A DNA stretch of 50,590 nt from Candidatus Hydrothermarchaeales archaeon (GTDB taxonomy: Archaea; Hydrothermarchaeota; Hydrothermarchaeia; Hydrothermarchaeales; JAZGAD01). The notes under the pieces were generated by a model, which worked only from the letters and a program-made list of their open reading frames with translations, was not told the DNA's origin and did no database searches. The translations under genes and the position numbers were made by a program. Below are positions 40,722 through 50,199 of the stretch, in pieces (the first letter of the stretch is position 1; each line of letters begins with the position of its first letter). The stretch is from NCBI GenBank assembly GCA_036444275.1, contig JAZGAD010000006.1, positions 1 through 50,590 of the forward strand, written 5' to 3'.

Positions 40722-40935
40722 GAGCCACTTGGCATGAATAGAAAATATCTTTCCAGAGCTCCTTCAGTTAAATGGACAAACAGAGGAAGAAGGAGATCCA
40801 TGCGAAGAGCTTGGAGAGTTCTATCAGATAGCCATGGAAGACATAAGCACCAACTGGAGGGGGTATCTCAGGGAATATAAGGAGATAACGAAGCAGTGGT
40901 TTCGGAATGTTGTAGAAGAAGTTTCTAAGGTAAAG

Positions 40936-41421
40936 TTATTGTTGCTCTCTAAAGGGTTTGATTCCTTCTCTCAGAACCCAAGGCATTACAGGATTGATGA
41001 CCTCCGCATACCCAAAGTGCTCGTGCCGGAAATGATCGTCTGCCGAATAAATCCTCTCCACGATATTTCTCAAGGGATACGCAACGAGGTAATCGTATAC
41101 ATGAATATCTGACTTCGCGGCATCTGTCAAAGCGTCTCTTACTATATCAAACGTTAAGTCTTTAACAAAAAATTTTCCTGTGCCAAAGTCTCTGATTAGC
41201 CCGGCTCTTGTTTTCATGTTGACTCCAGATCTCCTGAGAACCTCTATTATTTCCCCCGCTTGATAGGCGCTCATGCCAATTCGAACTTCTCTATCAGAGA
41301 GGAGTTCTTGGAGCACGTCCTTTGCCACCCCATGTATCTCCGCAAATTCGTCTTCTCTGGGTTTGACAAATGCGAAGTGCCATATATTCGTGTCGATGAG
41401 TATGTGGCTAGGCATCCTCAA
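40936..41421 (-). CDS. vapC: PIN-domain toxin (VapC-like)
   Basis: LIDTNIW, EI.EVL, YD.LVA, IYSADDHF. Confidence 0.82.
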   Translation of the reverse strand: MRMPSHILIDTNIWHFAFVKPREDEFAEIHGVAKDVLQELLSDREVRIGMSAYQAGEIIEVLRRSGVNMKTRAGLIRDFGTGKFFVKDLTFDIVRDALTDAAKSDIHVYDYLVAYPLRNIVERIYSADDHFRHEHFGYAEVINPVMPWVLREGIKPFREQQ

Positions 41422-41632
41422 CTGCCTCTGCTTTCATCATCTTTTCTATGCTCACCTCTGGCCTCGGTTTCTTGAGGGCTCGTAGAGCGCTAAGGCTCTC
41501 TGGTTGCGCTGGTTGAATCCTGATTTCATCGCCAACCACCACTGCCTCGTATTCGCTTCCTTCTAGGAGGTTTACCTTCTCTCTGACCTCTTTGGGTATG
41601 TAGACCTTTCCGGCAATTACTTTGACTTTCAT
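41408..41632 (-). CDS. vapB: AbrB-type antitoxin
   Basis: GKVYIPKEVREKVNL.EG.......GDEI.I.P; overlaps the PIN gene. Confidence 0.82.
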   Translation of the reverse strand: MKVKVIAGKVYIPKEVREKVNLLEGSEYEAVVVGDEIRIQPAQPESLSALRALKKPRPEVSIEKMMKAEAVEDA

Positions 41633-41736
41633 TTTACCATCAATCTTACCAGAAATTTTACCATTATCAAAGATTACTTAACAGATTAAGTTAGTTTAGT
41701 TAAGGTTGGGTAAAGCGCCAGCTATCAGATTAAACT

Positions 41737-42726
41737 TCAGAATTCATCCATTACGTAGTCTTCCCATCCCCTTTCCTCTAACAAGATTTCCAGCTCCATG
41801 GGCGTGAGCATAGGCTGCTTATATCTCTGGGCATCCTCTATTACTATCCTGGGGCAGGCAGTATTCACTAGCGCATCTAGTTTCCTAAAGGACATGAGAT
41901 TGTCAGGTGTGATCTCGTTGAGATAGAGGAGATAGGCCTTCTTTCCTTTCTCTTCAAGCTTCCTCTTTATCTCTAAAGCCAACTTCTTTCGCCGTTGTCC
42001 CCTCTTACTCCCCACTATGATTCCAAATGTTTCAGCTTGAGTAGCTTTAGCGATTCTGGCATACCTCTGTTTCAATATCTTCTCTTTGAGTTTACTTATA
42101 TCCCTCACTTCCCGCAGTAGAACATCGAAGGCAAGGGTCTTCTTCCCGGTGGCAAGGGCAACGCCTAAAGGATGGAAATCTCCGCTACCCAAGTATAGAA
42201 AGGCATCCACCTGGTCTGCTATGCTCTTAGCAGCGATGAAGGAGCATCCCAGTACTTGTCCATCGTACTTAGTCCTCCCACGTCCTATCCCTATATGCAC
42301 CTGGTAGCCGTTGTCCTCCAGATATTTCTTCACCTTCTCGAGGAAATGCACATGCTGAACAGTGGTGACCAGACCAATCTTCTTAGGCAGCTTCGCAAGG
42401 TTCTTGGATACCAAGGGGATAGGATCTATGTTAATCCTGACTTCGATATAGAATACGGGTATGGCAGTCTTGGATAATATCTCTGCATGCCCAAAATGGA
42501 AGAGAGCATCAACCCCGAGTTCATGCATCTCTTCATCGGCTAGATCGCAGGCGCCGTAGCATGGATCAGAGGATATAATTACTTCGCATCCAGCTTTCGA
42601 TACCTCGTCAGCTATCCCCGCCGCATAGTCTTTTAGCCCCTCTGGAAACTGGAGGCCGATAACACTGTATTTTTTATCCTTTACTATTTTGATTATTCTG
42701 TCAAGTTCAAAGTCGTACGTATCCAT
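41737..42726 (-). CDS. dph2: Diphthamide biosynthesis enzyme Dph2
   Basis: LQFPEGL, CYGACD, HFGH, GQVLGC, G.FH, ACPRI..ED. Confidence 0.94.
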   Translation of the reverse strand: MDTYDFELDRIIKIVKDKKYSVIGLQFPEGLKDYAAGIADEVSKAGCEVIISSDPCYGACDLADEEMHELGVDALFHFGHAEILSKTAIPVFYIEVRINIDPIPLVSKNLAKLPKKIGLVTTVQHVHFLEKVKKYLEDNGYQVHIGIGRGRTKYDGQVLGCSFIAAKSIADQVDAFLYLGSGDFHPLGVALATGKKTLAFDVLLREVRDISKLKEKILKQRYARIAKATQAETFGIIVGSKRGQRRKKLALEIKRKLEEKGKKAYLLYLNEITPDNLMSFRKLDALVNTACPRIVIEDAQRYKQPMLTPMELEILLEERGWEDYVMDEF

Positions 42727-42740
42727 TTAATGCCTCGCAT

Positions 42741-43880
42741 CTATATTCCTAAAATCTCCCTTAAGTCCTTAAGCAAAGCAGCTACATTCTCCTCTCTTAC
42801 ATGGGGCATTATCACCAGTCTTATCTCTCCTTTTTTAGTCCTCGAAATCATCCATCCTTTCTTGAGAAGCTCGTCAGCTATAGCATCCTGCCTTTCATGG
42901 GCGAAGACAACGATGTTCATCTTGGGCTCGAAGACATTTAGCTCCATATTTCGTAGCCCATTATACAGCTTCAGGGTTAGGAGCATACAGTGCTCTACGT
43001 TTCTCTTGTAGCCTTCCCGCCCCATGAGTCTCAGAACAGCATAGGTTGCGGCTGCCGAGGCACCGCTCCTGGTACCGAGAAGAGTGTAATGTTTTTTCTC
43101 CACTAGATATGGGGAAGAGGTCTCTATGTGTTTTAGCAGTTCAGCATCCCTAAGTAGGAGCCCACCGCTCGGCACTGGTGCTAGGCCCATCTTGTGGGGG
43201 TCTATGGTGATAGAGTTTACGCCCTCAATTGAGAAATCAAACTTCTTTATAGGGTAGCCGAGTTCCTTTAGAAAAGGCAGAACAAAGCCCCCGAAGGCAG
43301 CATCGACGTGCAGGTAAAGTTTTTTTTCTAGTGCTATCTCGGAGAGCAGTTCGATATCGTCTACAGCGCCGTATTCGGTATTCCCGGCTATCCCGACCAA
43401 TGCTATCGTATTCCTGCTGATTTTTTTTCTCACATCATCGATGTTTACCGAATGGTCTTCATTGGACGACGCCGTGATCATTTTTAATTTAAGGATGTTG
43501 CATGCTTTTTCAAAAGAGAAGTGTGCTGCCTCAGGTACAACGATTTCCGGTTCTGCTTTTCCATACATGTTTCTGGCGAGCCACAAAGCAGTTATATTGG
43601 CCTCTGTGCCGCCAGAGAGTATGAAGCCGCAGGGATTTGTGTTGTTTAGAAGCGAGCCCAGCATTCTTACGGCTTCGTTTTCCAACTCTTTTGTACCTTT
43701 AAATAGGCCGGAGTCGCCTAAATTGGAATCAACGAAAAGTTCGATAACCTTCTTGGCGAATGGATAAGGCGAGGTGCACATCGAGCTGAAGATCTTGCCA
43801 TCGGCATATCTATAATCCTTCTCCTGGGCCTTCCTCAAGTTCTCTAAAATTTCCTTCTCTGTCACGCCTTCTTTATCCAT
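42741..43880 (-). CDS. mfnA: L-tyrosine/L-aspartate decarboxylase (PLP-dependent)
   Basis: SSMCT.P, NLGD.GLF.GT, SGGTEAN, HVDAAFGGF, IDPHKMG, GTRSG. Confidence 0.92.
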   Translation of the reverse strand: MDKEGVTEKEILENLRKAQEKDYRYADGKIFSSMCTSPYPFAKKVIELFVDSNLGDSGLFKGTKELENEAVRMLGSLLNNTNPCGFILSGGTEANITALWLARNMYGKAEPEIVVPEAAHFSFEKACNILKLKMITASSNEDHSVNIDDVRKKISRNTIALVGIAGNTEYGAVDDIELLSEIALEKKLYLHVDAAFGGFVLPFLKELGYPIKKFDFSIEGVNSITIDPHKMGLAPVPSGGLLLRDAELLKHIETSSPYLVEKKHYTLLGTRSGASAAATYAVLRLMGREGYKRNVEHCMLLTLKLYNGLRNMELNVFEPKMNIVVFAHERQDAIADELLKKGWMISRTKKGEIRLVIMPHVREENVAALLKDLREILGI

Positions 43881-43981
43881 TTCCGTGTCTAACGGAGTTC
43901 ATTGAGATAAATACATTTTTTGGTTTTGCTGAGAAAGGAGTTGGTGCTGAAGATGGTTGATGAAAATTCGGTGATGATAAT

Positions 43982-44740
43982 ATGTATTTCTTGAAGTTGA
44001 AAGATGAAAATCCTTTAATAATAGTAATTGCGTTAATTTTAGCTATGTGTGGTTCTTTGTATGTGTACTTCTTTGAAGATGCAATTCCATACCAAATCAT
44101 TGAATTCGGAGTAGTCATCCTTATAGGTGTGATCACATTCTGGGGGGCTTACAAAGGAGCATTCACATGGATTAAGCGGAGGAGAGCTGACATACAGGTA
44201 TGGTTAGTAGAAGAGCCGATGGTAGTTGAATCCGATGTGAAAGTAGAGGCTTGGGTAGAAGAAACTTCGTTGCCACCCAATAGCCTAGAATTGGTTTACT
44301 TTAATATCCGTAATACGTCTGAAATTCGTCTGAAAAATTGTAGGATATGGATTAAGTTCCCACCAGAATTTCATATTATACATAATCTAGACAGTGAACT
44401 TGAAAAAAGAAACATATCTACTAAATCGAAATTTCCTTTAGGTTCGCTTCATAGAACACGAAATCCTATTCTAAACAAAGACAAGATACCCAATTACAAT
44501 AATATGGAACATAATAAAGAATTCGCAGTACGCCTTGGTTGCCATGCTTTCTTCGATCCAATGAAGTACAAACTCACATTCAACGTTTTTGAAACAGATG
44601 ATGATTCAGGATATTTTCCTCTGTGGATTGAGACACCTAGAAAAGAGGGTAAGTATTCTGTTCAAATTGTTGTTAGCCCAGAGAATATTGAAAAGGAATT
44701 TAGAGTGGATTTGCAAATAATTGTTGAATCTGCTAATTAA
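43982..44740 (+). CDS. Hypothetical membrane protein in an AT-rich segment
   Basis: Two N-terminal TM segments; visibly AT-rich codons. Confidence 0.6.
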   Translation: MYFLKLKDENPLIIVIALILAMCGSLYVYFFEDAIPYQIIEFGVVILIGVITFWGAYKGAFTWIKRRRADIQVWLVEEPMVVESDVKVEAWVEETSLPPNSLELVYFNIRNTSEIRLKNCRIWIKFPPEFHIIHNLDSELEKRNISTKSKFPLGSLHRTRNPILNKDKIPNYNNMEHNKEFAVRLGCHAFFDPMKYKLTFNVFETDDDSGYFPLWIETPRKEGKYSVQIVVSPENIEKEFRVDLQIIVESAN

Positions 44741-44784
44741 ATCACAAAGTACGTGAACAAAAATAGCTTGATTAAAATAATTTT

Positions 44785-45300
44785 TTATGTCCCAAGTAGT
44801 CCGTACAATAATTTTAGAACTCCGTCAAGTTGTTCTCTCTCCCGTTGCCTATATGCATTCCCTTCAATTATCTTCATTCCCCTTTCGATTACTCTTGCCA
44901 TAGTTTCTATATTGTTTTGCCATAGTGCATCATTCTCATCCATTTCCTTTTTCCGTTCAAAGGTGTCTACACCATTATTTTTCAATTCTTGTTCATTCTC
45001 AGCTATAAATTCCCTATAGCTATTTTGATAGTTTCTTGCGATTTTATATTCTTTGGCGTATTTCTCAGCAATCTCCACCATTATCATTCCTTCCTCCGGA
45101 GTAAGAACACCGTCGGCCGCAGCTGTTGATTCAACCGAATTCCATTCTTTAATTATAGAATGCATTTTAATCCATTCCTCTCTATTGAGATCAGAATGTT
45201 TGACAAACTCTTTTGCGATAGTAAGACCCCGACTTTCGGTTAAGCAGCCACTAAGTAATATCAGGAGAAAGATTACAGAAATAACAAATACTTGTTTCAT
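44785..45300 (-). CDS. Hypothetical lipoprotein
   Basis: MKQ, hydrophobic stretch and LSGC lipobox, followed by a helical body. Confidence 0.65.
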   Translation of the reverse strand: MKQVFVISVIFLLILLSGCLTESRGLTIAKEFVKHSDLNREEWIKMHSIIKEWNSVESTAAADGVLTPEEGMIMVEIAEKYAKEYKIARNYQNSYREFIAENEQELKNNGVDTFERKKEMDENDALWQNNIETMARVIERGMKIIEGNAYRQREREQLDGVLKLLYGLLGT

Positions 45301-45416
45301 CTCGGCTCTCTCAGTTCAGATTCTATAATCCCCCCTTATATAGATTTCGTTACAGGTGCTTTACACATATTGGAAAATGGTTTTGTATCGTTATATGTGA
45401 TTTATCGGTGGTAACA

Positions 45417-45572
45417 ATGGCTCGAAAGGAATATGTCTCAATATCCATTCCAAAGGAACTCGCCAACAGAGTTGACGAAATCCTTGCGGGGAGATGGGGT
45501 TTTAGGACAAGGGCAGAGATAGTCAACGAGGCTTTAAGAGATTTTATCTTACGATTAAAAACAACTGATTAA
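45417..45572 (+). CDS. Ribbon-helix-helix (CopG/Arc-like) protein (51 aa; not in the ORF track)
   Basis: Translates to MARKEYVSISIPKELANRVDEILAGRWGFRTRAEIVNEALRDFILRLKTTD; GGTGG upstream. Confidence 0.82.
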   Translation: MARKEYVSISIPKELANRVDEILAGRWGFRTRAEIVNEALRDFILRLKTTD

Positions 45573-45684
45573 TAATTAGAATTAGAGATAGGAGTCTAAG
45601 CCCCTATTCTCCAACAAACGCTTAGCCAACTGCTCCTTATCCTTGTTCTTCGCCCTGATACTCTACCTTACCTAGTTCGCTATT

Positions 45685-47964
45685 TTATCTAAGTTTGTCC
45701 AGTATAAGCCTCTTTTCTGTCCTGGCAACCATCTCTCTGATTGTCTGCACTGCATCGGGGTTAGCTGACACACTAGTAATGCCGTATTCCACCAGTTTCG
45801 CCACGACCTCGGGGTCAGAGCCCGCCTGCCCGCATATAGATGTATCTACGCCTGCTTTCTTGCACTTCTTTATCACCATCTCCAATAGCTTCTGAACCGC
45901 TGGGTGCTTCTCGGTGTAGAGCTTGGCGACACGCTCATTGTTTCTATCCAGAGCCAACGTGTACTGCGTGAGGTCGTTGGTGCCAAAGCTTATGAAGTCC
46001 AATCCCTCTGCTATGAAGTCCTCGATGATCAAAGCCGAGGCAGGAGTCTCCACCATTATGCCGAACTTCAAGTCTTTATGAGGCCTTAGTCCGACTTCCA
46101 GAGCGATGCGCTTGGCCTCCCGCAATTCCTCAGGATGCTGTACCAGTGGGATCATTACACCTATGTTGGTGAAGCCCTCATCCACAAGCTTCTTTATAGC
46201 CTTGAACTCTGCTGCCAATAACTCGGGTTGATCTATGCCTCTCCGTATACCTCGCCAACCCAGCATTGGATTAGGCTCAAGCGGCTCTTCGTCACCGCCT
46301 TCCAAAGTCCTGAATTCATCGGTCGGAGCGTCTAGGCTGCGGTACCAAACAGGCTTTGGGAAGAACGCGTCTGCCACCTGCCTGACGCCGTCAGCGATCT
46401 TATTTATAAGTTCCTCCTCCTGACCGTCCCTAATGAACTTAATGGGGTGCTTGCCTATGCCGAGGATCATATGCTCCACTCTAAGCAATCCAACGCCATC
46501 TGCTAGGGGTGCCACTCTCTGGGCTATCTCAGGTATGCTGATGTTGGCTTTGATCTCAGTGGCTGTAATGATTTTCGCATGTGCTACGACTTCCCCCTTA
46601 GGTTGCTCTACCTTTTTGGTCAGACCCTTATACACAACACCCTTAGAGCCATCGACTGTAATCTCCATGTCCTCTGATAAGACCTTACTGCCCTTGCTGG
46701 TTCCAACTATACATGGTATACCCAGCTCCCTAGACACTATTGCGGCATGGCATGTTATTCCACCTTCGTCAGTAACTATGGAGCTTGCTCGCTTCATCGC
46801 CGGCACCATATCTGGATTGGTCATAGTCGCCACGAGGACGTCTCCATCCTTTATCTTATCCAATTCATCCACGCTGGCGAGGATCTTGACCTTTCCGCTT
46901 CCAACGCCAGGAGATGCCCCAAGTCCCTTAAGCAGGATGTCTCTAGCCTCTGCCTTTTCCTCCTTCTCTTCCTCCTCGTAGAACACTGTTATAGGCCTAG
47001 ACTGGAGCAGGTACATCTTCTCACCCTCTACAGCCCATTCGATGTCTTGGGGAAACGCATAGTGATCTTCAACTTTGATTCCGAGGTCCGTCAGCTCTCG
47101 GAGCTCCGCTTCTGTCAGAGTCTGTGCAGTTGCCTTCTCTTCCGGCACCTTCTTCTTAAGGGTCTTGCCGGTCTTCTCGTCCCTGATGAACATGATCTCT
47201 TTCCTGGTTATTTCCTTGTTCAGGAGTTCCTTGGTATCCTTGTCTATCACATAATGATCAGGGGTAACCGTTCCAGATACCACGCCCTCACCTAGCCCCC
47301 ATGCGCCCTCCACGATGAGCTGGTTTTTAGCTCCTGTAGCTGGGTGCACCGTGAACATTACCCCTGCCTTGTCAGCGTTAACCATCTTCTGCACTACAAC
47401 CGCTATCTCTACTTTCGAGTGCTCGAAGCCCTTCTTCTCGCGGTAGAATATCGCTCTAGGAGTGAAAAGGGAACTCCAGCACCGCTGAACCGCCTCAGCA
47501 ACTTCTTCCTCAGAGACGTTTAAGAAAGTCTCCTGCTGCCCGGCGAAACTGGCTCCAGGTAGGTCCTCTGCGGTCGCCGAACTTCGAACAGCTGCCAAGC
47601 TCTTTCCGCCAGTGAGTTGCTTATAGCTATTAATTATCTCCATTTCTATGTTCTTTGGCATTTCAGCCTCATTAATGAGCTTTCTAATACTCTTGGATGC
47701 ATTCTGTAGCTCCCGGTTATCATCTACGTCTGTCTCCCCTAGTATGGACATGATCTTTTCTCCAAGACCACTCTCCTTTATGAAGTGTGCATATGCCTCT
47801 GCCGTTACAACGAAGGCATTAGGTATCGGCAACTGCGCTTTGACCAACTCCCCCAGGTTCGCTCCTTTCCCACCAGCTATCCTTACGTCGTCCTTATCTA
47901 AGTCTTTTAACCACGCTATCGCGCTCTTCAATTCTATCATCTTCTTCTCCTCTATCATCCTCAC
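45685..47964 (-). CDS. ppsA: Phosphoenolpyruvate synthase (start uncertain by a few codons)
   Basis: GGKGANLGEL, AVRSSATAEDL..ASFAGQQ, GGITCHAAIVSRELG, SFGTNDLTQ, SICGQA. Confidence 0.96.
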   Translation of the reverse strand: MRMIEEKKMIELKSAIAWLKDLDKDDVRIAGGKGANLGELVKAQLPIPNAFVVTAEAYAHFIKESGLGEKIMSILGETDVDDNRELQNASKSIRKLINEAEMPKNIEMEIINSYKQLTGGKSLAAVRSSATAEDLPGASFAGQQETFLNVSEEEVAEAVQRCWSSLFTPRAIFYREKKGFEHSKVEIAVVVQKMVNADKAGVMFTVHPATGAKNQLIVEGAWGLGEGVVSGTVTPDHYVIDKDTKELLNKEITRKEIMFIRDEKTGKTLKKKVPEEKATAQTLTEAELRELTDLGIKVEDHYAFPQDIEWAVEGEKMYLLQSRPITVFYEEEEKEEKAEARDILLKGLGASPGVGSGKVKILASVDELDKIKDGDVLVATMTNPDMVPAMKRASSIVTDEGGITCHAAIVSRELGIPCIVGTSKGSKVLSEDMEITVDGSKGVVYKGLTKKVEQPKGEVVAHAKIITATEIKANISIPEIAQRVAPLADGVGLLRVEHMILGIGKHPIKFIRDGQEEELINKIADGVRQVADAFFPKPVWYRSLDAPTDEFRTLEGGDEEPLEPNPMLGWRGIRRGIDQPELLAAEFKAIKKLVDEGFTNIGVMIPLVQHPEELREAKRIALEVGLRPHKDLKFGIMVETPASALIIEDFIAEGLDFISFGTNDLTQYTLALDRNNERVAKLYTEKHPAVQKLLEMVIKKCKKAGVDTSICGQAGSDPEVVAKLVEYGITSVSANPDAVQTIREMVARTEKRLILDKLR

Positions 47965-48395
47965 ACCACCTCTCTCATCTCTTTTATGATCTTAGCCCTT
48001 GATTTTTGATATCCCCTAATCCCTATCTCAGAAATCATCTTAAAGTCCGGCATAGGGACATTGAAATAGGATCTCAAAAAAGTAGGCTCCACAACGAAAC
48101 TTCGACCATCCAGCACTGAAACTTCTTCTAGAGCATGGAGATCCCGAATGATCTTAGCCACCGCTATAGTCTTGGCAAATTTCTTCACGAACTTAAAGGT
48201 CGGCTTTATAATACCATTCTCTATCCTCGAAATGGTCTCCCTCCGCAGGTTTAAAAGCCTGCCAAGCTCCGCTTGGGTTACTCCTGCAGCCACCCTAGTT
48301 TTTCGTATATCCTTACTGGGTTCCTCAGAGGAAACTAATATTCCACCAATTTCCTGGACATACCTATTGTACTCTTCTTCAAGATTGTACACCAT
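47961..48395 (-). CDS. XRE-family HTH regulator, coupled to ppsA
   Basis: IRKTR...GVTQAELG.LLNLRRETISRIENG...P. Confidence 0.8.
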   Translation of the reverse strand: MVYNLEEEYNRYVQEIGGILVSSEEPSKDIRKTRVAAGVTQAELGRLLNLRRETISRIENGIIKPTFKFVKKFAKTIAVAKIIRDLHALEEVSVLDGRSFVVEPTFLRSYFNVPMPDFKMISEIGIRGYQKSRAKIIKEMREVV

Positions 48396-48430
48396 ATCTC
48401 AAAGTAATTCACAGGACTATAAATAGTTTT

Positions 48431-48449
48431 TGTTACGTGGGACGTAACA
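48431..48449. promoter_or_regulatory. Inverted repeat in the divergent promoter
   Basis: TGTTACGT-GGG-ACGTAACA, with perfect 8-bp arms. Confidence 0.6.
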
Positions 48450-48509
48450 TCGATAAAAACATCAATGAAATAGCAAACCTAAAATAGCTGAACATAGAAA
48501 TCAGGAGCA

Positions 48510-49979
48510 ATGATAAGAGAAGGAAGGCTTGGAAAAAGCGTTGATAAAGAGGTTTTAGAGTACATATCTTCGCTGAAATTCGATCGCAACATCCTTACTT
48601 ATGACCTCATTGAGGATATGGCGCATGTCGTCATGCTGGCTGAGACTAGCATAGTCGGTGCGGAGGACGCATCTAAGATCCTACGCGGATTAATGGAGAT
48701 ATATGGGCGCTCAGGGGGAGTATTGAAGCCAAGCTACGAGGATGTGCATCTCGCAGTAGAGGGGGAGCTGACGAAGCGTATAGGCGCTGCCGCAGGTAAG
48801 ATGCATACAGCCCGCTCACGGAATGATCAGATTGCCTGTGATCTCAGGCTGTGGCTGAGGGACGAAGTCAATCAAATCTCGTCTTCTATCACTACGCTAA
48901 TCACCGCTCTGCTGGATAAGGCGTCTGAAAACACGGAAACCATCATGCCTGGATATACGCATCTGCAGAGGGGGCAGCCTACTACTCTGGGACACCACTT
49001 ACTGGCACACTGTGATGCATTTTTACGGGATATAGAACGCCTAGACGACGCGTATAAGAGGACAAATCTCAGTCCCCTTGGAGCATGTGCCCTAGCGACT
49101 ACCAGCTTCCCAATAGATAGGAACAGGACCGTAGAGCTCTTAGGCTTTGATGGACTGGTGGAGAACTCTATGGATGCCGTGTCGTCAAGGGACTTCCTGC
49201 TCGAAGTGCACTCTGTCTTATCCATTCTCATGCTTCATGTAAGCAGGTTAGCCGGGGAACTAATCCTATGGTCGAGCTCTGAATTCGGCTTCGTCGAGTT
49301 GAGCAATGATCTCGCGTCCACCTCCAGTATAATGCCCCAGAAGAAGAATCCAGATATCCTAGAAATAATGAGGGCCCGCTCATCTAAGGTGCAAGGAAAC
49401 CTGTTTTCATGCCTTAGTATATCCAATCTCCCCATGGCTTATAACCGGGACCTCCAGGAACTCAATCCTATTATACTTGATTCACTTATGATGGCCAGAG
49501 AGGCATTACCCTTATTGGGCAAAGTCATCGCTGGATTGAAAGTAAACGCTGAGAATATGCTTGAAGCGTGCAGCAATTTCATAGTTGCTACAGAACTTGC
49601 TGACCTCATCGTGAGAGAGAAGAACATACCTTTCAGGCAGGCTCACAAGCTGGTAGGTGCTGTAGTGGCAAAGGCAGTTAAGGAAGGAGTATTACCAGGA
49701 GAGATAGATGCGAAATTCCTAGACGAAGTATCCAAGAATACTTTGGGTAAACCTCTACGCCTTGAGAATAAGCATATAGAAGCAGCTCTGTCACCCAAAA
49801 AGGCAGTTGAGGCTAAAGTTGCTGTCGGCGGGCCTTCTTCTAAAGAGGTAACGAGGATGATAAGTGCTAGGAGGGGAGTGCTCAAGGAGAATGAAAGGAG
49901 TCTAAAGGGAAGAATTCAGAGGATAGAGAAATCGAGGGAGCAACTCCTTTCAACCGCGAAAAAGCTGGCGGGCAGGTAA
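48510..49979 (+). CDS. argH: Argininosuccinate lyase
   Basis: HTARSRNDQ, MPGYTHLQ.GQP, SPLGA.ALA, SSIMPQKKNPD, YNRDLQE. Confidence 0.96.
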   Translation: MIREGRLGKSVDKEVLEYISSLKFDRNILTYDLIEDMAHVVMLAETSIVGAEDASKILRGLMEIYGRSGGVLKPSYEDVHLAVEGELTKRIGAAAGKMHTARSRNDQIACDLRLWLRDEVNQISSSITTLITALLDKASENTETIMPGYTHLQRGQPTTLGHHLLAHCDAFLRDIERLDDAYKRTNLSPLGACALATTSFPIDRNRTVELLGFDGLVENSMDAVSSRDFLLEVHSVLSILMLHVSRLAGELILWSSSEFGFVELSNDLASTSSIMPQKKNPDILEIMRARSSKVQGNLFSCLSISNLPMAYNRDLQELNPIILDSLMMAREALPLLGKVIAGLKVNAENMLEACSNFIVATELADLIVREKNIPFRQAHKLVGAVVAKAVKEGVLPGEIDAKFLDEVSKNTLGKPLRLENKHIEAALSPKKAVEAKVAVGGPSSKEVTRMISARRGVLKENERSLKGRIQRIEKSREQLLSTAKKLAGR

Positions 49980-49992
49980 GGCAGGGAGCGAG

Positions 49993-50199
49993 ATGTACAG
50001 GGGAAAGGCGGAGGCAGCTCTAGGAGACATTAAACTCGGGGAGAGGATAAAGATAGAGAAGGGTGACAGGTATTTCGAGGGCGTGCTGATGCCTCGGACA
50101 GAGTTGGGGGATGAGGATCACATCGTGCTCAAGTTTGATAACGGCTATAATATCGGCATAGAGGTCAGTGAAATAAGGATTTCGAGGGCGAGTAAATGA
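49993..50199 (+). CDS. gatD: GatD N-terminal domain as a separate ORF
   Basis: [23 protein letters not shown] is the GatD N-terminal domain signature. Confidence 0.85.
   Translation: MYRGKAEAALGDIKLGERIKIEKGDRYFEGVLMPRTELGDEDHIVLKFDNGYNIGIEVSEIRISRASK

Noticed and set aside
40834-41112. 92-aa ORF MEDISTNW...
   Set aside because: Mostly antisense to the PIN gene; only its 5' part may belong to a remnant.
45685-47964. Intein in ppsA (also considered for ileS and top6B)
   Set aside because: Lengths are normal for ppsA and ileS, and no intein splice motifs or LAGLIDADG motifs are seen.
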